A stretch of DNA of 63,845 bases, filler included, from Octopus bimaculoides (Eukaryota): assembly GCF_001194135.2 (NCBI RefSeq). It is 6 parts of 4 records of this genome, joined end to end, with 100 filler letters (N's around TTAATTAATTAA, not from the genome) between each part and the next. Parts side by side here need not be neighbours in the genome. Positions count along the whole stretch, not along the records: positions 19,529 to 50,453 come from NC_068992.1; positions 50,554 to 53,276 come from NC_068981.1; 4 more parts are not named here. The stretch is one strand, 5' to 3'. Positions within the stretch are counted from its first letter, which is position 1; each line of letters opens with the position of its first letter. Below, piece after piece: positions 39,755-53,275 of this stretch. Below the pieces are notes generated by a model. The model did not search any database and was not told where the DNA came from. It worked only from the letters and a program-made list of their open reading frames with translations. The position numbers and the translations under genes were made by a program.

Positions 39755-40095
39755 TTGGTCCAAGGCTTGAAATTTCAGGGGAAGGGGCTATTCAATTACT
39801 TCAATCTCAGTGCTCATATGGTACTTATTTTATCAGCCCTGAAAGGATGAAAGGCAAAGTCAATCTTTGTGGAATTTGAACTCAGAACATAAAGCTGGAA
39901 AAAATACCTCTAAGCATTTTGTCCTGTTGCTAATGATTCCATCAGCTCACAGCCCTTTCGTTTCAAATTCTGGCACATGGCCAGCAATTTTAGGAGGAGG
40001 AGGGGTTTAGTCATCACATTGACCTGAGTACATGCTAGTACTTTGTTTTAGTACTTTGTACTGGAAGGACGAATGGCAAAGTTGACCTTGGTGAG
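39755..40095 (-). mobile_element. Tandem pair of SINE family C copies
   Basis: Two successive GAAGGA(T/C)GAA(A/T)GGCAAAGT cores in the same orientation. Confidence 0.7.
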
Positions 40096-40735
40096 TTTTA
40101 ACCACACACTATAAAGATCTGGAAATAATGAATCTTGATGATGATTATGATAATTGTGACGATGATGATCATGATGACAACAATGGTGAAGATGATGATG
40201 AGGAGGAGGAGAAGGAGGATGGTAAGCGTTTTTAACATTGGCCCAAGGTCACCATTTTTTGGGGGCATGGCATGGAACAACAATCTCAATAATTTATGAC
40301 AGCAAGCAAGAGATGCACAACGTCAGTTTATATTTGGTATCAAATTACTTCTTAATACAATTTATATGCCATTATCCAAAATAATAGTGTGCATTAAGTA
40401 AGAGAAGGCTTTCTCAAATAAATTATCTAAACTACTTTGGAGTATTTTGGGTGGAGTACATGTAGTTTGTTTATAGTAAATAACAGGATGTAAAGGTGGA
40501 ATTTTGCTTCCTAAATACTTTTAAATATTTCTTGAGAGGATGGCTGGACCAAACTACAAAATATCAGCACAACCATATGGTGGGGGTCAACAGGCCACAC
40601 CCTATCAAATTGTCCAGATTTTACATATACTTATTATGTTCCAGACTATTATTTCAACTACGGAGTCTTTATTTACATTGTTTACACTCTACATGATGTC
40701 TCAGTCTGTTTGGTCTCCAATTATTGTTCTGAGAT

Positions 40736-40915
40736 ATGCACATGGCTCCAGAGTGGATCCTGGGATATGTAAATGACTACCGACTAGATTCCTAGATATA
40801 TAAATGACAGCACACTGAATTCTGGGATGTGTATATGGCTCCATGCTGGATCCCTGAATATTGACATGGTTCCGGTTCCAGGCTGGATTCTTGGATATGT
40901 AAATGGCTCCAGATG
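40736..40915. repeat. Degenerate 31-bp tandem repeat, about 6 units
   Basis: Consensus approximately TATGTAAATGGCTCCAGGCTGGATTCCTGGA. Confidence 0.7.
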
Positions 40916-41139
40916 AGATTAAGACCAGAAACCATTGTTTCTAAACTTAAGGATGATAAGGTCTTTCTCTAGTAAGACTAATTATCATACACACACTTAG
41001 ACGAACACATACAAGCACACACACACACACGTACACACACACACGTACACATGCTTGCACACATGTATGCACGCACACTCATACACATATGCATACAAGA
41101 CTAGCTGCGATTATTACAGAGACATTGGATACAATATTG

Positions 41140-41350
41140 ATTTCAAATTTTGGCACAAGGCCTGCAAGTTCGAGAATAAAGGGGGTAAGTCAATTACATC
41201 GACCCTTGTGGTCCACTGGTGCTTAGTTTATTGACCCCTCACCCATCAGAAGGATGAAAGGAAGTCAATCTTGGCGGAATATGAATGTAAAGACATATGA
41301 AAAGCCACTAAGTATTTTGCCCAGCTTGCTAACAATTCCGCCAGCGAGCC
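41140..41350 (-). mobile_element. SINE family C copy
   Basis: Matches the family C core. Confidence 0.7.
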
Positions 41351-42404
41351 AGCTTGTTTATCGGTTATAATATTCACAAGACGAACAGGGATTATAACAT
41401 AGACACATTGGCATGTTCTTCATGAGAAGACTAACAGTGATTCTTACAGACAGATTAGTATAATCTGCAGTTGTAGATATTTGTTAGACCATTTCTTGAC
41501 TAATAATTCCAAGTCACTGTCACCATAAACCTGCCATAGACAGGATTCTAGATGAGGTGACTTGAAAGAGAAGGAAACTTGAAGAGAACCTGGTGTTTAC
41601 AATCTAGAGAGAACCAGAAAAGGAAATGGTACATACTGTTGGCTTTGTTGTAATATTTGACTGTGCAAACCTATGATTAAAAATTTTCCAACAATCGTCA
41701 TCCAGTTTTTGTATGTACATGTATAAAGTAACCAATGTGTTCTTCTTTAAGACAGTAAAGGGGTTGAGTAACTTTAAGCTGCTATTTCTAGCAGGTCAAG
41801 AAACCATAGAGAAGCTCTCTCACTTGATGAAGAACTGACACATTTTTGGGAGGAAATGAGACTGGTTGTCTGCAGCTATGTATATGTGTTAATATAAGTT
41901 ATATGTATATCTGTATATGTGGTGCATAAGTTATGCACAGAACAAATTAAATAGTGCATAAAAAATTGGATGATTATACACACATACATATATATAGAGA
42001 GAGAGAGGTATATATATGTAGTTTTTAAGTTTGAGATAATGTATGGCCAACTTTAATATTGCGTCAATCCCACTGCATTCCAATTACACTTGCTTGATGA
42101 TATAAAACATATATTAGCATATATATATGTGTATATAATTGTATGCATGTATGTATATACATATATGGATACACACACAATATATATATAAAACACTATA
42201 TATATATATATATGTGTATATATGTATATTTACATATGTATTAAGCTGGCAATGAGTACAAAGACAGTGTGGAGTGGGGAACAAGTTTTAATAAATGTTG
42301 TATTAGTTTGACACTTAGAAAGACAGGAATATAAATGTGTAATACAAGTACACAGATGCATGTATACATATACCTACATACATATAAACATATGTGTGTG
42401 TGTG

Positions 42405-42594
42405 TGTGGAGGTATGTGGCTTAGTGGTTAGAGTATTGCATGTTGCACTCATGATAGTAGGATCATAGTTTTGATTCCTGGAATAGGCAATGCATTGTGG
42501 TCTTGAGCAAAACACTTCATTTCACATTGCCTCTGTCCACTTGGCTGGCAAAAATAAGTAACCCTGCAATGGTCCAACATCCTATCCAGCGAGG

Positions 42595-42600
<6 letters not shown>
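42405..42600 (+). mobile_element. tRNA-headed SINE, family D
   Basis: TGGCTTAGTGG A-box-like and GATTCCTGG B-box-like segments, then CTTGAGCAAAACACTTCATTTCAC. Confidence 0.7.
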
Positions 42601-42653
<53 letters not shown>

Positions 42654-42769
42654 ACAAAACCCAGGAAATCAACCTTATAAGTCTAAGACTTGGGAATGAT
42701 CTTTAATCGTTTTTGTGTGTGTAAAATAATAATAATAATAATAATAATAATAATCCTCATCTATAATTT

Positions 42770-43550
42770 GTAATAATAAGAAAGCCTCAAGAAACACCCA
42801 CAGCAGGGAAAACAACTCCAGCAATCAAGTACATGAAGGAATGAGAAAAGCCAGTGGAGACAGCAAAAAGGACAGGTAGTGTACAACATGGGATCGACTA
42901 TGGGATATGGAAGTTGACCTGGGGAAAAGACTGCAGTTTCCCCAGGGCATCCAGATATCCTTGAAGCCAGATGTAGTTTTGTAGTCTGTAAAGTCAAAGA
43001 AAGTGATCCTGATCAAGCTTACAGTCCCCTGGCAGCAGTGACCCATGCACTGGAGAATCCAGTACAGCACAATAAAGAAGACATTGGCAAAACAAATTGA
43101 GGAAGACCTGAAGGCATAATGCCTCAACCACAAGCATTCTAAGGCCAGCGCCTGGATCAGGAAGCGTGAAATAACATCATGACTAGAGACCATCATCCAG
43201 CAGCACCCACAGCTGCATATTGGTTGTGAGGACAGCCTTTCCCTCCAGCTGCCAGATCAAAGAACAAGAGAAGGGAAGACGGGTGTGATGAAGCCTTTGA
43301 ATGGAAGTGTGACAAATACCAGAGCCTTTTGAACAATTGTAAGGAGAAAAGATGGCAGTCATGGCTATACCCAATTAAGGTTAGCTTTAGAGGATTCCAT
43401 GCACAGTCAGTGCAGAGAATGCTTAAAGCCATTGAAATAATAGGAATAAAGTGAATTTTAGCTGTGCACATGATGGGAGAGGCAGCAGAAAATCATCCTC
43501 GCTGGTTATGGAGCAAGAGAAAGAAGTTGAGCTGGAAGCCAGGAGGCTTT
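42770..43550 (+). mobile_element. R2-superfamily (HERO-like) non-LTR remnant, REL endonuclease C-terminus
   Basis: WDMEVDLGKRLQFP..KPDVVL*S..KKVILIKLTVPW..KY..WQSWLYPIKVSFRGF..GEAAE..RWLWSKR. Confidence 0.75.
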
Positions 43551-44839
43551 TGAAATCATCTTCACTTTCTTTTCAGGGTTTGTAACAAATGCTACTAGGT
43601 ATTTGTTTACCTTCTCCAAATAAGAGACAAATTTCTATACATCTATTCATTAAAATTTTTTTGTGTACATCATTAAGTATATCACCACCTGCTTGAATTG
43701 TCTAGATTCATGTCATTGACTCACTTGAGTTACTTCCCTTAGCTTAGTTTTGTAATTTTGTATATTTACGTCATAAATTTTTTTTTTACATTGGACAAAA
43801 ATTACTTTGAGGACTAGAGGCTTGTTCTTTATCAGAAACACTCCAACCATAGCCATTCCACAAATATTTTGTTTTCCTTTCATGTATAGTGTGTCCCAAA
43901 ACTGCATTATTATCTAAGGTGTCCGCTTTTTATGAGGGTATAGTACAGTTTGATGAAGAATTAGGCTACTATTTCTAGCAGATCTGACAACTGTATAGAG
44001 GCTTCTTTATTGTTATTGTTTTTGTAGTTGCTGTTGTTGGGGATGGGGGTAGTATTGGTGTTGTTGTTGATGTGATTATTGTTGAAGTTGTTGTTGCTGC
44101 TGCTGCTGCTACTGCTGTTGATGATGTTATTGCAGTTGCTGTTGATGCTGCTGTAAGACCCTATTTGATATGTGTTCCTACTCAGCAGGAATGGTTTGGT
44201 GAGTGTGAGGCGGGGTAGACTGAGGGGGGGGGGTGATCATACAGAAAAGAGAGACAGACAGACAGACAGAGGTGGGTAGAAAGATGGAGGAAATATTTGA
44301 AAAAAAGTGTGAGGTATGGGATGGTGTAGAAGAGGAGGAAGAAAGGAAGAATAGAGCAAGTAAGGGAGAGGGAGGGGCAGATATTTAAAAGAATGAGTGG
44401 GTGAGGTGACAGGTGATACAAAAGAAAGAAAGAGAGAGGGAGAGAGTGAGAGAGAGTGAACAGGCAGTTGATAGATGAAAAATGGAGAGAAATAGAAAGA
44501 TAGATAGACAGGGAGAGCAGGAGAAGAGGTAGCAGACAGATAGCTAATGGAGGGAGGAGAAGAATGAAGAAGTAGACTGGTTAAAGAGAAAAAGATAATG
44601 GTAGGAGGTAGAGAGAGAGAGAGAGAGAGAGATTCAGAAAGAGGAGGAGGAGAGCAGAGAGTGTATAGATAGATAAGACAGAGACAGGGTGTGTGTATAA
44701 ATGAGGGGGAGTGGATGGGGACATGAGAGGTGTAGCAACAGGGAATATTGCAAACCACGTGCAGATGCTCATGCATACTGATATGCATTCACACATGCAT
44801 GTCTCGCTTCCTCCCCCTCTCTCTATGTATATATATATC

Positions 44840-45214
44840 TTTAATTCTTTAATTTGTTTTTGCCTTCACAAACGAGGCAATGGGGAGACCGTCTTCAGTC
44901 TGACCAAGGGATTGCACCTAGAAAGTTACCCCCTGAGTCACAAGTCCACGCAAGTTTGTTTATGAAAGGCCATCAGTCGCCCACGCATGCCAGCCTCCCC
45001 TCTCCATGCCACCGATGTTATCCAAGGGAAAAGCAAAGGGGCCGATACAGCTTGGCCCCAGTGATGTTGCAACTCATTTCTACAGCTGAATTAACTGGAG
45101 CAACGTGAAATAAAGTGTCTTGCTCAAGAACACAACACACAGCCTGGTCCAGGAATTGAATTCACAACCTCACAATTGTAAGCTCGACACTCTAACCAGT
45201 GAGCCATGTGCCTT
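44840..45214 (-). mobile_element. tRNA-headed SINE, family D, long copy
   Basis: Head AAGGCACATGGCTCACTGGTTAGAGTG; shared GTGTTCTTGAGCAAGACACTTTATTTCACGTTGCTCCAG block. Confidence 0.7.
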
Positions 45215-45620
45215 NNNNNNNNNNNNNNNNNNNNNNNNNNNNNNNNNNNNNNNNNNNNNNNNNNNNNNNNNNNNNNNNNNNNNNNNNNNNNNNNNNNNNN
45301 NNNNNNNNNNNNNNNNNNNNNNNNNNNNNNNNNNNNNNNNNNNNNNNNNNNNNNNNNNNNNNNNNNNNNNNNNNNNNNNNNNNNNNNNNNNNNNNNNNNN
45401 NNNNNNNNNNNNNNNNNNNNNNNNNNNNNNNNNNNNNNNNNNNNNNNNNNNNNNNNNNNNNNNNNNNNNNNNNNNNNNNNNNNNNNNNNNNNNNNNNNNN
45501 NNNNNNNNNNNNNNNNNNNNNNNNNNNNNNNNNNNNNNNNNNNNNNNNNNNNNNNNNNNNNNNNNNNNNNNNNNNNNNNNNNNNNNNNNNNNNNNNNNNN
45601 NNNNNNNNNNNNNNNNNNNN

Positions 45621-45657
<37 letters not shown>

Positions 45658-45659
45658 TA

Positions 45660-46050
45660 TTGGTTTCACATTTTGGCACAAAAGTCGATTACATTGATCC
45701 CAATACTCCAAAAGGATGAAAGGTAAAGTCGACCTTGGCAGCATTTGAACTCAGAATGTAAAGATCGATGAAATGCCACTAAGCATTTTACCTGGTGACC
45801 TAATGATTCTATCTGCTCACCGCTGTATTGGTGTACATTATTAGTTTCAAAGTTTAGTACAAGGCCAGCAATTCCGGGAGAGGGATGAGTGGACTACATC
45901 AACACCAGTACTTAACTGACACTTATTTTATCAATCCTGAAAGGATGAAAGGCAAAGGTGACTTCGACAGAATTTGAACTCAGAACATAAAGACAGATGA
46001 ATTGCCACTAAACATTTTACCCTGCATGCAAACAATTCTGCCAGTTTGCT
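45660..46050 (-). mobile_element. Tandem pair of SINE family C copies
   Basis: Two AAGGATGAAAGG(T/C)AAAG..ATTTGAACTCAGAA cores head to tail. Confidence 0.8.
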
Positions 46051-46689
46051 ACCTTATATGTATATATTATATTCCTGCCAAAACATACTGCCTAATCCTG
46101 CTAAACTCCAATATAAATCTTTATATAATGACTTCTCTCTTTCTTAATAACAATAGTACATATAAGATCCAAATTACTTTTACACACACACACACACATA
46201 CACACAAATAAAATTAAAAAAACATTTAGAAGAGTTCAAATATGTTTGGGATATATTTGACATGTACAAAGGCCTTATTCACTTATGCAAGAAGTGTTGA
46301 AAAACACTAGCAGTGGTTTGAAGGCACCCTCTGGAGGAACAGTAGCTCCTTTGGCCATCATCAGCACTGCAAACCACAAGAGAGACCACTCTAGACTTTC
46401 ACATGCCTACTACAATACATGCATACATATGTATATATGAGTGTGTCTAGACATGCGACTATATGCATGAGAATACATACATAAAACAGAACATACAAAT
46501 CTGCACATATAAATACATACATACATAAATACCCTGCTGTTGATGCTGAAATTCCAATGAAGGGGCCTTGGATCTAGGTTAGAAACCAGTTCTTTCTCTA
46601 TTGGTAAGAAATCTTGAAATAAAATGGAATAATGAAAAACATACATACATACACATGCAAACACACACACACACACAAACTAAACTAAA

Positions 46690-46960
46690 CTGGCACTCTG
46701 TTGGTTATGATGATAAAAGTTCCAGTTGATCTGATCCACGGAACAGCTTGCTCGTGAAATTAACATGCAAGTGGCTGAGCACTCCACAGACATGTGTACT
46801 CTTAACGTAGTTCTCAGAGAGAAGAGATTCAGCATGACACAGAGTGTGACAAGGCTGGCTCTTTGAATTACAGGTTCTACACATTTTTGTCAGCTGAGAA
46901 CACTAGAGCAATGTGAAATAAAGTGTCTTGCTCAAGGTCACAACATGCTACCAGGTTCCA
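46690..46960 (-). mobile_element. SINE family A, diverged copy
   Basis: Reverse complement of the 1950-2120 block (GAGCACTCCACAGACA..CTTAACGTAGTTCTC). Confidence 0.75.
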
Positions 46961-47867
46961 TTGTCTTTCTATGGCTGGAGTTCCTTCCTAATTCCAGCCC
47001 CATTCCACAGAGTGTACTGGGTGCTTTTTATGTGGTACCCAGCACCAGTGCTTTCAACGTGACACCTGTCCCATTTTTTTTTTATGTAGCACCAGCACCA
47101 GTATCAATTCTGCTGTGGTGGAGGAGACTTCTTGAGTAGAGCAAGGTGCCAGATATCTTGGTCCTTCGTCATCTCCTCCGTAAAGCTCAGTGTCTTGAGA
47201 AGGGTTAATAAAAAAAAAAAAAGTACCAGTCAAGTACTGGAACCAATACAATTGACTAACCTCTTCACTTTAAAACGTCTGGCCTTGTGCTATATTTTAA
47301 AACAATTATTTTCTTTCTACATCTCTTTTTAATCTTCTCATTCTTATTGCATTTTGTTTCCCCCTGTCCCTTCTTTTCTCACTCACTCATCTTCATGTTC
47401 TTCTCCCCACCCTCCATTCCTCTCAGTCTTACTAAATCTAGTGTCTACAACATGTCTCTAGCCTAGTAACACTGATCTATCCTTTATGATATATTCTTAT
47501 ATTGACTAAACTCTGGATTATTGATACATCCTACTTTACACTATTTATCATTCCTGTAAATTTTTTTGTTTTTGCATATTTTTCTTTACAACTAATGCTG
47601 TTTCCTGTTTGCTTTTTTTTCTCTCCTATCAAATAGTAATTCCCCCACCACACAGCCACAAACACACTTATTTCACTAATGCACTTCCTCACTTCAATAC
47701 TTTTGCTGAATAGTTCACTTAACATCCAAATTTCTCTTCTTTATTATGCTAACTATTTGAAGTAAACAGGGATTCTCTCACATAAATTAACATACATAAG
47801 ACTTTATGCACTTCCAGCATAAAAGTAGTATTAAGCACTTTTATGTCTTTTTCGTTACCACAGTGTT

Positions 47868-47913
<46 letters not shown>

Positions 47914-47923
47914 NNNNNNNNNN

Positions 47924-47955
<32 letters not shown>

Positions 47956-48364
47956 CACAAGAAATAATTTTTGCTTCTTCTTATGGAAACAAAAACGATT
48001 TATAGGACTGCAAAAAAAAGAAGTACTCAAATGAAATTGAGACAGAGACAAAAAACATTGAATGTCTTTACACGTGCCACCGGCACAAGTGCCAGGAAGG
48101 CGACAAATTCAGCAATATTCAGTGAATATTAAAATACATTTCCTTTTCAAAATTCAATAGACTCTCCAGACAAAATTTAATTTTTTTTAAAAAACACCTA
48201 TTCTCAAACTGATGACTGTTCTGGTCCAAGCATTGCTTATAATGCAAAGCAATGGAATTGCAAACAGCAAGAAACATTTTTTTTGGTATTTATGTACAAT
48301 CTTGCTTTATACGAATTCCTGTTAAATTAAAATGGTGTTCCTCTGTGATATGCATTTTTGCTGA

Positions 48365-48720
48365 TCCCTAGTAGGTGCAACAGCGGCAGTTAATTGAGCC
48401 ATTTGATTTCAATGTAGCCTCATCACTCCAAAAAATCTTCATTGAATGCTGTGCATTTTCTACACATCTTACTATGTGCCACTTGCAAAATTCCACTCTT
48501 TGGTCCAGATCATGTTCATGAATTGTGAAGAGTACTTCAAAATGTAATGGAAGCTTGACTAAAATTCCTGTCTCATGATTCACTTGCCACACAGATTTTC
48601 CTGAACTCTGACAATACATTTCTTGCATCATCTATTGTTTTGCGAAACTCATTAACGTCTGTGGTCTTTCAGAATGTTTCTTGAGAACATTCTGAACAAT
48701 TCCATCTGCTTCAAACTTAT
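48365..48720 (-). mobile_element. Tc1/mariner-superfamily transposase remnant
   Basis: DLDQRVEFCKW..KIFWSDEATLKSNGSIN matches DPDRRxEFCEW..WSDEATFxLNGxVN. Confidence 0.75.
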
Positions 48721-49224
48721 CTTTNNNNNNNNNNNNNNNNNNNNNNNNNNNNNNNNNNNNNNNNNNNNNNNNNNNNNNNNNNNNNNNNNNNNNNNNNNNN
48801 NNNNNNNNNNNNNNNNNNNNNNNNNNNNNNNNNNNNNNNNNNNNNNNNNNNNNNNNNNNNNNNNNNNNNNNNNNNNNNNNNNNGAGCCATTTGATTTCAA
48901 TGTAGCCTCATCACTCCAAAAAATCTTCATTGAATCTTCATTTTATAAGGGTGGTTAGGAGTAACTAGGAAAAAGACAAGGTGGTAGCGATGGGGAGTTA
49001 GAGCAAACTGTCAGGGTACAAGAAGGTGAGTATAAGAGAGGATACAGAGAGAGAGGAGCAAGGGAAGAAGGTAGTCTTGTAAGAGTGTGAGAGAGAGTGA
49101 CAGTTGGTTGGATGGGAGTAGAACGAATGTGGTGAGGGAACAAAGGTGGAGATGTAGTTGATGGGTGGGAAATAGTAGTGTGGGGAGAGGCAAGGTGGGA
49201 GAGACAGGAGTGGCTCAAGAAGAA

Positions 49225-49610
49225 AGATAGATCAAATCCACTCACAAGGTTTTGGTCGGCCCGAGGCTATAGTAGAAGACACTTGCCCAAGGTGCCACGC
49301 AGTGGGACTGAACCCAGAACCATGTGGTTCATAAGCAAGCTACTTATTTCTTTATTGCCCACAAGGGGCTAAACATAGAGGGGACAAACAAGGACAGGCA
49401 AAGGGATTAAGTCGATTACAACAACCCCAGTGCGTAACTGGTACTTATTTAATCGACCCTGAAAGGATGAAAGGCTAAGTCGACCTCAGCGAAATTTGAA
49501 CTTAGAACGTAGCGGCAGACGAAATACCGCAAAGCATTTCGCCCAGCGTGCTAACGTTTCTGCCAGCTCTCTGCCATAAGCAAGCTACTTACCACACAGA
49601 CATTCCTATG
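49225..49610 (-). mobile_element. SINE family B interrupted by a family C copy (49347-49575) with a 16-bp TSD
   Basis: ATAAGCAAGCTACTTA is duplicated at 49331-49346 and 49576-49591. Confidence 0.9.
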
Positions 49611-50309
49611 CCTATTTTTTAAAAATATTACAAAATGCTCTATCTTCTGAAGTCAATATTACATAAAATAAATAATTCATATTAATAAGGAGTTTTCAGC
49701 CATAAGTAATATGTCTAAAAACCAGATAGCATATTTTGTAATGTATATAATAAAAGAAATAGCTCGCTATTTGAGATATGGTATAAGACAGGCAATAATT
49801 GTAATATAATTGATAAAATATTGTGCTTTTTTCTTTTTGTGATTTATATGCATGCATAGGTAGGATGATTGAGGCTAATGTTTTTTTACAACTGGATGAA
49901 GTGTCCCCTACTACTAATCACTCAACCATGAAGTAGGACTCTAGCCTGTTTTCTATTCAGCCAGGCAAACTGCAACTAGCATTGTGATGTAACTCCCTGA
50001 AGGACACATAACAATGCATATAACTGTAAGGCTTGAATTTGTGCCCATGTGGTTATCATTTCTGTGCTTTAGCCAAGTAACAGTGTGTGTGTGTGTGTGT
50101 GTGTGTGCGTGCACACACACACACACGTTACATAGATGCTTACATACATATCTGTTTGTGTCTCTCTGTGCATCTTTCTCTCTCCCTCTCTCTCTATATA
50201 TATGTATATATATATAGTTCAAAAAAACAATAACAAAAAAACAAAAAAACAACAAAGTGAGGACGTGATATGGATAGTATTATTGGACGCTCAGGAAAGG
50301 AAAGAGAGA

Positions 50310-50350
50310 GTGTATGACGTTTCGGGCGTAGCCCTTCGTCGGAAAGATGG
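50310..50350 (-). ncRNA. Penelope-type minimal hammerhead ribozyme-like motif (core has C at U4)
   Basis: Minus strand CCGACGA-A-GGGC-TAC-GCCC-GAAAC-GTC; stem II present, stem I poor. Confidence 0.4.
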
Positions 50351-50408
50351 AAAGTTCGGAGAATGGAAGAACGGAGAAAGAGGAAAATGGTACCGATGCC
50401 CACGAGGT

Positions 50409-50453
<45 letters not shown>

Positions 50454-50574
50454 NNNNNNNNNNNNNNNNNNNNNNNNNNNNNNNNNNNNNNNNNNNNTTA
50501 ATTAATTAANNNNNNNNNNNNNNNNNNNNNNNNNNNNNNNNNNNNNNNNNNNNCATCTCGAATCGGCCCCCCCC

Positions 50575-50638
50575 CCGCAACAGTAACACCAGAAACCAAC
50601 AACACTAATGCCACAACCCACAACGTCATCACCATCAC

Positions 50639-50672
<34 letters not shown>

Positions 50673-51950
50673 GTCGTCCTCATCACTATCATTGTTGTCG
50701 TCATCAACTGCAACAGCAGTATCATGACCATAGTTATTATCTTCCTCCACCGCCTCCTCCTCCTTCACATCATCATCATCATCATCATCACCATCCTCAC
50801 CACCACCACCACCACCATCCTCCTCCTCCTCATCATCATCATCACCGTCCTCATTAGTACTGTTGCTGTTGTTGTTGTCCTGTTAGGTTATTTTGTAAAA
50901 TTTTTTCCCAGTCCACCTTCAGTTCTGTCTCTGATAATCACCCAAACCTTCAACACTGCCCCTCCCCAAAGGTCCCCACCCCACCCTCTTTGTCACCACC
51001 AATTTGCAATCATCTCATTCACCCCTGTCCAGACCCACAACCACCCCCACCATCATCTCCAAGAACAACAACAGAAACAATATTGTTTTGCGGCCGCAAC
51101 ACCGACACAAAGTCAACGACCACTGACCACAAAGCACCAAGAAGCATCAACGCCATGCAAAAACTAGCGCCCGGGCCACCACAAACGCAAAACGCTGAGC
51201 CCAGTATCAAAGCCGGAGATCAGCGCCACCACCCTTGCTAAGACAAACACCCAGCCACTGCCTGTACTAAGATCACCATCAGTATCTTTACCCTAACCCT
51301 AACCCTAACCACCAGACCACGAGCAACATTGGCACTGACACCAGCGCCCTCAACACCAGCGCCCTCGACCCTCACGTCAGTGCTACTACTACGAACAACA
51401 ACGTTTCAGATTTGTCACCAGCGCCATCACCACTAGCACCAACCCCCCCAACACTTGCACCATCGCATCAATTCTATCCCCAGCGCACCCAACACGAACG
51501 CCAGCGTCCTAACCCAAACGCCAGCATCTACAATCCTCGAAATCAGAGTCAGTCTTATCCGAATTAACGTCACAACAAAGAATAAACTAAGCCCGATTAG
51601 ATAGACTTAACAACAACTACGGTGTCTGTTTGTGTTTATCACATCACAAACCCTTCAAGAGAGAGAGGAACTCATCGGTTGGCGCTGCTTTCATTTTTTT
51701 TTTACCGAAATTGGCCTCTTTCGAAACTCGGCTTTGGTTTTTGCTGTCAACGTTGCTTCTGACTACACCAGCTGTTATTGATGGTGATGATGATGATGAT
51801 GATGATGATTATGGCGAGGAGGAGTCTTGATAACAATAATGACGAAGGTGGTGGCGGTGGTGCTGTCACCGTTGACGAGATTATTGTTATTGTTGTTGAG
51901 GTTTAATGCGGTTTTCTGCTGGTTTTTGTTGTCGTTGTTGTTGTTGTCTT
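50575..51950. repeat. Trinucleotide-rich low-complexity tract ((CAT)n, (CAC)n, (GAT)n) with (CCCTAA)3 at ~51293-51310
   Basis: Direct reading. Confidence 0.85.
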
Positions 51951-52151
51951 TTTTTGGTTCTGTCTTCTGTGAATCCCAACAAAGCTGGAACCGACGCTAA
52001 AGCCAAGAAGCCAAATTGAATATAAATCCTAATGCGAAACACATATTCTTGTATACATCTTCACACACACCCACCCCCACACACAAACGCACACACAAAC
52101 ATTCTAAGGAGAGCAGATACAAACAAGCATGCAAGCACATACACACACACA

Positions 52152-52192
<41 letters not shown>

Positions 52193-52269
52193 ACATACAC
52201 AGACCCATTCACGTTTGCAGGACTTAGAGTCAGGAAAAAGAAAAAAAAATTATATCAAGACGCAAATAT

Positions 52270-52283
52270 GCATACATACATAC

Positions 52284-52314
<31 letters not shown>

Positions 52315-52353
52315 CATATATATACAATATATATATTTATATGAATATATATG

Positions 52354-52388
<35 letters not shown>

Positions 52389-53175
52389 GTATATATATAT
52401 ATGTATATGTATATGTATGCATATATATGTATATGTATATATGTATGTATTTACATCTGTATGCATATACGTACGTACATATGCATATATAAACATCTGT
52501 ATATATGTATACATGTATGTAACGTATAACGATTGACATAAAACACAATGAAAGGCCTTCACATGTCTCTGTAAAACTCCAGCCTCACCCAGCAAATCTT
52601 TCTCTGACGTTCACTCCCCCCCCATCTCACTCTTTCTCTCCTCCACACACTTTCTTAAACACACTCAGCATGAAAATGGCCGTGTATGCATATATGTACG
52701 TGTGTATGTGTGTATGTATCTATAAGGTATCATAAAGAAGAATAGAGAATTATACATTTTCAAAAGTTGGTTCGTTTTTGTTTTTTGGGGTTTTTTTTTT
52801 AGTTTTATGCCCATTAAATTCCAATCCGACACGTGTTTCTTCTGGATAAATTGTCCTTATGTCCTTTGATGTGGCATTTATGCGCGTTTGTCAGTCTTAA
52901 GCAATCTTGAAAGTTCCCTATCATTCGATGTGGTTAGCCAGATATGGATTATATCAGAGTGCTAATAAGGTACCTGTCCAAATGCTATATCCCAATTCCT
53001 TTCACATTGTGTGTATGCGTGTGTGTGTGAGCGTGTGGAAGTATGTATAAACGTTCATGTAAATGTGTAAAGATATACATATATATACACACAACCACGC
53101 ACATATAGTTATATATATTAAGGTATGTATAGATATATAGATATATGTATATACACATATATATTTATGTATGTG

Positions 53176-53217
<42 letters not shown>

Positions 53218-53275
53218 TAATGCGTATGATGTGTATATATACATATATAATCTTCCGTAACACACACATATATAT
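52270..53275. repeat. Long degenerate (TA)/(TATG)/(CA) microsatellite field
   Basis: Direct reading; source of the IY/YI pseudo-ORFs. Confidence 0.9.

Noticed and set aside
46286-46369. 84-nt minus segment with KPLLVFFN, resembling the diacylglycerol kinase PLLVFVNPKSG motif
   Set aside because: The conserved NPKSG is absent and no other DGK exon is visible.
48884-48935. Duplicate of the transposase piece at ~48396-48447
   Set aside because: It sits at a gap edge, so overlapping contig ends are likely.
51293-51310. (CCCTAA)3 as an interstitial telomere or fusion site
   Set aside because: Too short and embedded in C/A-rich low-complexity sequence.
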